Virus record (IMG/VR): IMGVR_UViG_3300025687_000060
Location: 1-52,685 of that record
Direction: 5' to 3' (one strand)
Length of the DNA stretch: 52,685 nucleotides
DNA from: a virus
Taxonomy: Duplodnaviria; Caudoviricetes
In this document: piece by piece, positions 1 to 6,322 of the stretch
Position numbering within the stretch: the stretch's first letter is position 1
Layout: each line of letters begins with the position of its first letter
Translations under genes and position numbers: made by a program
The notes under the pieces: generated by a model
The model's database searches: none
Told to the model about the DNA's origin: nothing
Seen by the model: the letters and a program-made list of their open reading frames with translations, nothing else

Positions 1-6
1 CTTTCG

Positions 7-186
7 ATGGCATCCGACCTTACCACCCGCCGCATTGTGTGGGCAGGTCGCAAGACTGATGACGCACCACAGACGATGGGTGACGACCTTCCGATCACTG
101 TAGAGACAGAATGGATCGCAGGGGTTTATGCAACAAAGTATGAACATGAAGCGACCCACGCCAAAGACCTCTGCTGCTTTGACTGA
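7..186 (+). CDS. small hypothetical early protein (59 aa, MASDLTTRRIVWAG...; may extend beyond the window start)
   Basis: Manually translated ATG7-TGA186, below the ORF-track cutoff; ends just before the next promoter cassette. Confidence 0.6.
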   Translation: MASDLTTRRIVWAGRKTDDAPQTMGDDLPITVETEWIAGVYATKYEHEATHAKDLCCFD

Positions 187-191
187 TTCTC

Positions 192-230
192 TGCTACAAT
201 TCTCTCAGTTCAACCAACCCACCCGAACCA
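192..230 (+). promoter_or_regulatory. early sigma70-type promoter (extended -10) with AC-rich leader
   Basis: TGC-TACAAT at 192-200, then TCTCTCAGTTCA; near-identical to 1434-1454. Confidence 0.65.
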
Positions 231-419
231 ATGAAGACCTTCACCGTCACCCTGACCGAATCCGAAGTGGATACGATCCTCGCAGCGATGTCTGAATACA
301 TCCTGCACGACGATCCTGAAATTGATCCTGAAGACCTGATCGGTGGCACTCCTGTTGTGGAGCGAGTGCAAGCGATCGAAGACAAGTTGATTGAAGCAAA
401 ACCCGACTGTGACGATTGA
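231..419 (+). CDS. small acidic hypothetical early protein
   Basis: 62-aa ORF directly downstream of a promoter cassette. Confidence 0.75.
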   Translation: MKTFTVTLTESEVDTILAAMSEYILHDDPEIDPEDLIGGTPVVERVQAIEDKLIEAKPDCDD

Positions 420-429
420 TGAAGATACA

Positions 430-496
430 CAGAGGAGACTCAGACCAGTCTCCTCTGATCTTTATACTGACTGAAGTTCACCCACCACCTGAACCG
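430..496 (+). promoter_or_regulatory. stem-loop early promoter cassette
   Basis: Perfect 11-bp stem CAGAGGAGACT/AGTCTCCTCTG (430-457), -10 TATACT at 463-468, AAGTTCA, AC-rich leader. Confidence 0.65.
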
Positions 497-835
497 ATGA
501 CTCTCACACTCCAGCAGCAAGCACAAGAGACCATTGAAACCAATGTGCTCAAGTGGAGTCTGATGCTTTGTGATGCATTGACTCACAATGGTCCTTCTGA
601 TCGTTATTTCTACAGTCTGGAATCTGGTCGGAAGTATCATAAGATCTTCATGCACATTGGTGATCGGCGTGATTCTATTCATGCTTTTGTTGATAAGAAG
701 ACTGGTGAAGTGTACAAACCCGCAAGTGTAAAAGCACCTGCAAAAGGAGTGCGGTTTGATCTACGACTGATTGAGCAGCGTGAGTGGTTGATGGAACATG
801 CAGACTGGGCAGGAGGTTACCTTTACAAGCGTTGA
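497..835 (+). CDS. conserved-type phage hypothetical protein (GRKY..I...HAFVD...G.VYKPAS.KAPAKG.R motif)
   Basis: ORF 416-835; start reassigned to ATG497 because the upstream part is the promoter cassette. Confidence 0.8.
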   Translation: MTLTLQQQAQETIETNVLKWSLMLCDALTHNGPSDRYFYSLESGRKYHKIFMHIGDRRDSIHAFVDKKTGEVYKPASVKAPAKGVRFDLRLIEQREWLMEHADWAGGYLYKR

Positions 836-920
836 TTATGCTAACCACTGGAATCCTAGTCCTAGTTGCTTATTCTTTAGGAGCAGCACAAGTTCTTCTC
901 GTTCAACACATTCTTCGCAA

Positions 921-1133
921 ATGAAACTCTTCATCATCAACGAAGTCCTGTCTGATTATACCTCTGGAATGGTAGTTATCGCTGCTGAGTCTAAAGAACA
1001 GTGCCGTGAGTTCTTTATCAAGGAGTTCACTGAATATCATGCTGATGAGTTTGATAAGTATGCAGAGTTCACTATCATTGAAGGCGTGAACCATCCTGCT
1101 GGTGTTGTAGATTATGTGTACGGGGGTAGTTGA
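921..1133 (+). CDS. small hypothetical early protein (MKLFIINEVLSDYTSG...)
   Basis: ORF 798-1133; start reassigned to ATG921 after candidate -10 TATTCT (871-876) and GTTCA leader. Confidence 0.75.
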   Translation: MKLFIINEVLSDYTSGMVVIAAESKEQCREFFIKEFTEYHADEFDKYAEFTIIEGVNHPAGVVDYVYGGS

Positions 1134-1136
1134 TAC

Positions 1137-1228
1137 AAACCACTTTTCCGCCTGAGGAATTGTCCACTGGGGGGATTGCCAAAGTCCCCCACGCACCCTT
1201 ATAGTGACTTCAGTTCAGACAACCACCG
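1137..1228 (+). promoter_or_regulatory. stem-loop early promoter cassette
   Basis: TTGCCA (1176-1181), 18 nt, TATAGT (1200-1205); the -35 lies in the loop of a GGGGGA/TCCCCC hairpin; CAGTTCA start motif. Confidence 0.7.
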
Positions 1229-1420
1229 ATGACCGACTCCTGCTTCCCCGCTCAGATCGCTGAAATCACCAACCCTGAGAACGGGACCATCTTCTGGATT
1301 GAAGCGGCATACGCTGCCAAACTCCACGGTCTCTGGGATGACTTCCGCACCGACTATGGCACGACCGCTTCATTCGGTGGGGTGGATGCTGGGGAGTTCC
1401 TTGTGTGGTTGGGGTACTGA
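1229..1420 (+). CDS. small hypothetical early protein
   Basis: 63-aa ORF after promoter cassette. Confidence 0.75.
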   Translation: MTDSCFPAQIAEITNPENGTIFWIEAAYAAKLHGLWDDFRTDYGTTASFGGVDAGEFLVWLGY

Positions 1421-1471
1421 TCCCCCCAATCCATGCTATTATTCTCTCAGTTCACAAGCACCCCCAAACCA
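1409..1471 (+). promoter_or_regulatory. early promoter cassette
   Basis: TTGGGG/CCCCAA hairpin 1409-1429, TGC-TATTAT 1434-1442, TCTCTCAGTTCA, AC-rich leader. Confidence 0.65.
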
Positions 1472-1777
1472 ATGGAACTGCTACCTCACGCCGAGACCTG
1501 GATCAGCACTCAGTTCAGACTGAAGGAGACGTTCTACTTCACCGATGGCACCGCAGAATCAACGTACAGGACCGTCACTAGACTGATCGCCAAACCCTCT
1601 CACGTTGACGTTCAGGGACACACACTCACCACCTGGCAGGAGCACAACCCTAACATCACCAAGATCACTCACACCTACACTCCTGTCATTACTGAAGAGA
1701 CTAACATTGAACACTTCAAGTTAGCAAACATCATTCATCTCAACGCTGGTCAACTCTTTCTCTCTCAAGTATCATGA
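1472..1777 (+). CDS. hypothetical early protein (Thr/His-rich)
   Basis: ORF 1433-1777; start reassigned to ATG1472 downstream of the promoter. Confidence 0.7.
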   Translation: MELLPHAETWISTQFRLKETFYFTDGTAESTYRTVTRLIAKPSHVDVQGHTLTTWQEHNPNITKITHTYTPVITEETNIEHFKLANIIHLNAGQLFLSQVS

Positions 1778-1974
1778 ACCCCCAAATGATTGTCATTCCC
1801 AAGTCTAACAAAGCAAAGAATAGACTTGTGAATCTAATGAACAGTGATCCTATTATTACTGTTGAACAGGAAACACCTACCCAATTCTTCTGTGCTTCAT
1901 CTAATCAAAAGAACTTCTTCTGGGTGAATAAGACTAACGATTCACACTGGAACATCATGCCATTAGAACAATGA
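1774..1974 (+). CDS. small hypothetical protein
   Basis: ATGA overlap with upstream ORF (translational coupling). Confidence 0.75.
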   Translation: MNPQMIVIPKSNKAKNRLVNLMNSDPIITVEQETPTQFFCASSNQKNFFWVNKTNDSHWNIMPLEQ

Positions 1975-2138
1975 ATCTCTCTACTATCACTCTCACAGTC
2001 AACAAAGACGAGGTTAATCCACTCTTACTACAGGATGCACTGATCATGTTACTACACACAATGAAGGTTGAAGTAGAAGAGAGCAGCGTATCTAACATTA
2101 CGGAGGAAGAGAATAGAGAGTACACTTCGTCCTTGTAA
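1971..2138 (+). CDS. small hypothetical protein (55 aa, MNLSTITLTVNKDEV...)
   Basis: Manually translated; ATGA overlap with previous ORF; TAA at 2136-2138. Confidence 0.6.
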   Translation: MNLSTITLTVNKDEVNPLLLQDALIMLLHTMKVEVEESSVSNITEEENREYTSSL

Positions 2139-2144
2139 TGGTAG

Positions 2145-2202
2145 AAAAGTAGTTAAAATGGGGTAAAAAGGTATTAAAAACGTTATTAAATGTATTAAAA
2201 AA
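2145..2202. repeat. helically phased A-tracts
   Basis: A-runs start at 2145, 2155, 2165, 2176, 2188, 2197 (about 10.4-bp period). Confidence 0.7.
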
Positions 2203-2306
2203 TATATTAGAGTGTTTTATTCGTCTTGATAATTATTAGTATTATTGTGTGATAATGATATGGATTCGTATCAAATAGTGTACTTATTCGTCCTTGGAAA
2301 CGTTAG

Positions 2307-2377
2307 AAATAGTGTAGAATACCTTATGGAATAGTGTCTATTATCTTATGAAATAGTCTGTATTATCTTATGAAATG
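2307..2377. repeat. 22-bp imperfect tandem repeats (iteron-like)
   Basis: aaatagtgtagaataccttatg / gaatagtgtctattatcttatg / aaatagtctgtattatcttatg plus a partial fourth unit; a further aaatagtgta at 2273. Confidence 0.8.
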
Positions 2378-2693
2378 CTTCGGGGTCTTGTGGTCTTAGC
2401 GTGCGCTCTACCGAAAGTCAACATAAAACTCCCAAACCCTCATAATACTTCACAGACCCAGGCAGTTTTTCACTTTTTCCCTTTTTCAGTTTTTATAATT
2501 TTTCAATTTATTACAAATACATAAAACCACATAAAGTCTCTGAGATTTTATGATAGAATGGCACAGTACAGTAAGGTATAGATACACTCCTAATTTACAC
2601 TGTATAATAACTCAGAGGACTTGTAAATATAATTTAATGAATTGAAATAATTATATTTTGTTTTGTTCAATTCTTTATATCTTATTATTTTAT

Positions 2694-2787
2694 GGCAGGG
2701 GCGGTGGCGACCTTTGGCGTCATCAGTGCTACCCCGCACCTCGTCGGATTGTCAGTCAGGCAAGCAAGGTTCCCTCCCTCGATTGTC
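2694..2787 (-). ncRNA. candidate small structured RNA (strand uncertain)
   Basis: GC-rich island downstream of a minus-strand promoter; hairpin 2694-2740; no credible ORF. Confidence 0.35.
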
Positions 2788-2792
2788 CCCAT

Positions 2793-2844
2793 ATCCTACA
2801 GCATCAGGCGGCAGAGCACAAGGCAAAAGAGTAGCGGATGATAC
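2793..2844 (-). promoter_or_regulatory. sigma70-type promoter with upstream GTA-N8-TAC box
   Basis: Minus strand TTGTGC (2821-2816), 17 nt, TAGGAT (2798-2793); box GTAGCGGATGATAC at 2831-2844. Confidence 0.6.
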
Positions 2845-2897
2845 CAAAAACAGAATCCGATTGATCAGAAGGAGTTATGGGTCGGATCTGGAAAACG

Positions 2898-2949
2898 GTA
2901 TCGCTCGCTACCGTTTGCTCTTGACGGGGTGAGATGGGTGCCGTATTGT
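2898..2949 (+). promoter_or_regulatory. sigma70-type promoter with upstream GTA-N8-TAC box
   Basis: Box GTATCGCTCGCTAC at 2898-2911; TTGACG (2921-2926), 17 nt, TATTGT (2944-2949). Confidence 0.7.
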
Positions 2950-2975
2950 TGTCTCAAGTCAATCAACCGCCTTCA

Positions 2976-3575
2976 ATGACCGCTGAGAACGTCGCCGCCG
3001 TCTTCGCCCTTGCTACTGCTGGGGAGCGCCAGACTCATGCAAGTTGGTACGAAACCGCCAGGGGCGCTGCCATCGCCATCGCTGACGCCACTGGATTGGA
3101 ACTAGAGACCGTTGTTGGCGTGATCGCTGCCCTGTCGCCAACCAACAAGTGGGAGCGTAACTTAGTCGATGCTGAGAATGTCTGCCGTACCTATGTGGCG
3201 GATCCCGAGTCTGCTGCAAGCGTTAAAGTCTGCACATATGGAAATAACCTCAAGAAAGCGATTAAGGTGCTTGAGTGTGAAGAACTGGATGAGATTCCGA
3301 CTATACTCAACGGTCGTAAGATCACTGCGTTCTTCCACTGTATTATGGGTAATCAGGACGCCGTTGTTGTTGACGGTCACGCCTATTCTATCTGGATCGG
3401 TGATCGTCTTACTATGAAACAAGTGCCTAGTATTGGTGTGAAACTGTACAGAATTATCGTTGCTGATTATGTTCAAGCGACCGATATCATCAACGCTCGC
3501 TATAACCTAACTCTGAAACCTTACCAGGTCCAGAGCATTACTTGGAACGCCTGGAAACGCATCCACGGAGTATAA
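2976..3575 (+). CDS. phage protein resembling HhH-GPD DNA-glycosylase-fold proteins (DUF7178-like)
   Basis: Motifs WY...AALSP..W..N, G.KI..F...I, VVDGHA, Q..TW; start reassigned to ATG2976 after the promoter; family call is from memory. Confidence 0.6.
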   Translation: MTAENVAAVFALATAGERQTHASWYETARGAAIAIADATGLELETVVGVIAALSPTNKWERNLVDAENVCRTYVADPESAASVKVCTYGNNLKKAIKVLECEELDEIPTILNGRKITAFFHCIMGNQDAVVVDGHAYSIWIGDRLTMKQVPSIGVKLYRIIVADYVQATDIINARYNLTLKPYQVQSITWNAWKRIHGV

Positions 3576-3584
3576 AGAACCGAA

Positions 3585-3611
3585 GGGAGAGTTACTAACA
3601 CTAACTCTCCC
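3585..3611. terminator. perfect 10-bp hairpin, possible terminator (better U-tail on the minus strand)
   Basis: GGGAGAGTTA-CTAACAC-TAACTCTCCC; minus-strand tail TTCGGTTCTTT. Confidence 0.55.
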
Positions 3612-4175
3612 AACACAAAATATAGAAAACCGTTTTTTCCTTTTTTTACATTTTTGTATCTTTATTCTTTATCCTTAAACCTTGAACTTTCGTCGTTGTT
3701 CTTTATACTTCTACTCGATGTGTTCGTCTTAATTACACCTGAGCGATAGTTAATTGTACCACTATTTTATGCGTCTCAGATGAGATTTAATGGACTCTTT
3801 ATCATTACGTTTTGTCAAAATATACTTGACCTCATGAGACTCACAGTGATAAATGTAAAATAGCAGTGCAACTTCGTGGTCTTAAGTATACCTTTCGTTT
3901 TGTTACAACTGTATCAGGGCGAACAGCAGTTGTCCGTGATCCGTGTTATGGTGCGGGTTTTGCCCTTGCGGTTTAAAAACGCCTAACTACCCTAACCTAC
4001 AACGAACCAAAATCGCTTGAGATATCACAAACCCATAAAAATTTCCCAGGACCCCAGAAGACCCCCCATACCTTAAAGGACCCCCCAATTCCCGCCCAGG
4101 AAAAAAAATTCCCAGGGGTAAAAATGGTCTCAAAAGTTCGCAGATAATATATAAAGAAAAGTGCCTATGAATATT

Positions 4176-4326
4176 ATGAAACTCGAATTAGAAGACCACG
4201 AAAGAGAATTACTTATCGACACTCTAAGAGTATCGGATTGAGAACGACGTTGAGTTGATCAGAGATACAACAACCAAAGAAGATCTCACTTACTTATTGG
4301 AGAAAATAGAAGATGAATACTTATAA
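4176..4326 (+). pseudogene. small ORF apparently split by a +1 frameshift at about 4227
   Basis: MKLELEDHERELLIDTL continues in the +1 frame as EYRIENDVELIRDTTTKEDLTYLLEKIEDEYL*. Confidence 0.45.
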
Positions 4327-4498
4327 TATTTCAGTAAATGGAATCACAGTATTTCAGAGAATACCTGAAAGAAAAGTAAAAGATTACAAAGAACGGTTGA
4401 GAAATTTTATTTTTATGGGTAGTTCAAAGACTCTCAAGGACATTGAGGAAAGAATTGAAGTGTCTCTAAATACTAAAGATGACCATTGCAATAATTGA
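4313..4498 (+). CDS. small hypothetical protein
   Basis: 61-aa ORF in gene-dense + strand context. Confidence 0.65.
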   Translation: MNTYNISVNGITVFQRIPERKVKDYKERLRNFIFMGSSKTLKDIEERIEVSLNTKDDHCNN

Positions 4499-4514
4499 CT
4501 TGTGGTGGTATAAT
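4486..4514 (+). promoter_or_regulatory. sigma70-type promoter
   Basis: TTGCAA (4486-4491), 17 nt, TG-G-TATAAT (4509-4514). Confidence 0.7.
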
Positions 4515-4537
4515 AGATTCGTTACTAATTCATTTTC

Positions 4538-5287
4538 ATGGCTAAAGGATTTACAGTAAAAACCGTAGCGCCTTCAAAATCAAATACAGATGATTTTGAT
4601 TTGGCAGCAGCAAAAGAAATGATTCGAGGTAAGTCAGTTGTATTCTGTCTTCCAGGAAGAGGTTGTTCCTATATTTTCCTGAAGGCATTTGTGCAACTTT
4701 GCTTCGATCTCGTTCAGAATGGAGCAAGCATTCAAATTTCACAAGACTATAGTTCCATGGTGAACTTTGCACGTTGTAAGTGTCTTGGTGCAAATGTTCT
4801 CCGTGGTCCCAAGCAGATTCCTTGGGATGGTAAACTTCAGTATGATTATCAACTGTGGATTGATAATGATATTGTCTTCGATACCGAGAAGTTTTATCGT
4901 CTGGTTGCAATGGACAAAGAGATTGCCGCTGGTTGGTATTGTACCGAAGACGGTCGTACCACGTCCGTTGCACATTGGTTGGAAGAAGGTGATTTCCGTC
5001 AGAATGGTGGCGTGATGAATCATGAAACCATAGAAACCATGAGCAAGCGTCGCAAGCCTTTCACTGTGGACTACACTGGATTCGGATGGGTTCTGATTAA
5101 GCATGGAGTTTTTGAGAGTCTTGAGTATCCTTGGTTCGCTCCGAAGATGCAACAGTTTGAGTCTGGAGAGGTTCAGGATATGTGTGGCGAGGATGTCTCG
5201 TTCTGTCTAGATGCGATTGAGAAAGGATATGAGATCTGGTGCGACCCCCAGATTCGTGTGGGGCATGAGAAGACTCGTATTATTTGA
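4538..5287 (+). CDS. GT-A fold glycosyltransferase-like protein
   Basis: WIDNDIVF (DxD), TGFGWVLIK...FE, GEDVSFC...G..IW.D.....GH motifs typical of GT2-like phage proteins. Confidence 0.75.
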   Translation: MAKGFTVKTVAPSKSNTDDFDLAAAKEMIRGKSVVFCLPGRGCSYIFLKAFVQLCFDLVQNGASIQISQDYSSMVNFARCKCLGANVLRGPKQIPWDGKLQYDYQLWIDNDIVFDTEKFYRLVAMDKEIAAGWYCTEDGRTTSVAHWLEEGDFRQNGGVMNHETIETMSKRRKPFTVDYTGFGWVLIKHGVFESLEYPWFAPKMQQFESGEVQDMCGEDVSFCLDAIEKGYEIWCDPQIRVGHEKTRII

Positions 5288-5398
5288 TGTCTGGTTATGT
5301 TCTGATGTTCTTCCTGGGTTCTTCTGGGGAGCATTGGAAAAAACCGTATTTTAAGCCCCGTCAAAAACCCGTAAACAAAACATTATTGGAGTATTATC

Positions 5399-5548
5399 AT
5401 GGCTAAATCAAAAGTTGGACTGGTGAAGACTAGTTATAGTCCTGGTCCGCCGAAGAAAACCCGCCAAGGAGATGGCGGTGGCACAAAGTACGCTGCATCG
5501 TCCCGCAATGGTGCCCGTAAGAAGTACAGGGGTCAAGGTAAGGGTTAA
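5399..5548 (+). CDS. small basic protein (49 aa, ...SRNGARKKYRGQGKG)
   Basis: Manually translated; GGAG RBS at about 5388; missing from the ORF track. Confidence 0.8.
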   Translation: MAKSKVGLVKTSYSPGPPKKTRQGDGGGTKYAASSRNGARKKYRGQGKG

Positions 5549-5971
5549 ATGCAAAATGAGATTCGGGAATGGATACGAAGAATCACAATTCAAAGACCAG
5601 AATTAAGTGGTTTTGCGATTTGTCCCTTTGCCGAATCTGCTTCATATCAAATTATAGAGCATTCTATTTGCGGCATCTCTCCAATATTAGGAGTTGATGT
5701 CGCAATTGTTATTGTGGAACCATACTTAACTTCAGAAGTTCTTCGTGAATGGAGAATTAAGTACAATCATCTCTACCCAGACTATGAATTTCTAGAGGAT
5801 GGTATGGATGAACCTAGTTTCGTACAAGGAATTCAATCAAATTTTGGTAAAGCAAACCTAATGCTGGTCCAAAATAAAAAACATTTAGAGAAAAACAGAA
5901 AAATCCTACAAAATACCACTTATTATTCACACTGGGACACTGAAACTTTAAATTTGATCCAGAACCCATAA
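5549..5971 (+). CDS. hypothetical protein (ICPFA motif)
   Basis: 140-aa ORF abutting the previous stop. Confidence 0.75.
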   Translation: MQNEIREWIRRITIQRPELSGFAICPFAESASYQIIEHSICGISPILGVDVAIVIVEPYLTSEVLREWRIKYNHLYPDYEFLEDGMDEPSFVQGIQSNFGKANLMLVQNKKHLEKNRKILQNTTYYSHWDTETLNLIQNP

Positions 5972-5972
5972 A

Positions 5973-5979
5973 ATAAATA
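5973..5979 (+). promoter_or_regulatory. T4-type late promoter
   Basis: ATAAATA in an intergenic gap. Confidence 0.65.
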
Positions 5980-6037
5980 CTCATAAGGGATAGCAACCCC
6001 TCTAAAAGTTCTGTTTTTTCATAAAACAGGAGCTAAA

Positions 6038-6283
6038 ATGGGACAATCACCTGTAGATAGAAATCAAAACTACATGAGAGAGATGTGGGGAACCGCAAAA
6101 CTCATCACTGATTATGGTTCAATGCAAAATAATCAGAAAAGGGTGCTGACAGAAGTTATGCACGACAATGCACCACTTCATGATCTGAAAAAACAGTCTG
6201 AATTGCACGAAAAAATCAGAAATGATGAAGATTATGATGACTGGAGTTATGGAACTGAACCCTCATATGGAAAGAAATGGTAG
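6038..6283 (+). CDS. hypothetical protein
   Basis: AGGAG RBS, late promoter upstream. Confidence 0.8.
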   Translation: MGQSPVDRNQNYMREMWGTAKLITDYGSMQNNQKRVLTEVMHDNAPLHDLKKQSELHEKIRNDEDYDDWSYGTEPSYGKKW

Positions 6284-6322
6284 AAAACCATTATAGATAG
6301 TATATTCAGTGTAACAACTTGG

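Noticed and set aside
2273-2377. CRISPR-like array
   Set aside because: Repeats are contiguous and degenerate with no unique spacers; no cas genes
2393-2421. Minus-strand promoter TTGACT-17-TAAGAC
   Set aside because: The -10 lacks the conserved final T; too weak to call
2700-2730. CTGATGA on the minus strand suggesting a hammerhead ribozyme
   Set aside because: No GAAA after the putative stem II and no stem I/III pairing found
2685-2792. 35-codon minus-strand ORF starting at 2792
   Set aside because: Its ATG abuts the -10 box and would lie upstream of the predicted TSS
2663-2932. 89-aa + strand ORF in the track
   Set aside because: TTG start without RBS; overlaps promoters, an inverted repeat and the hairpin; no protein-like features
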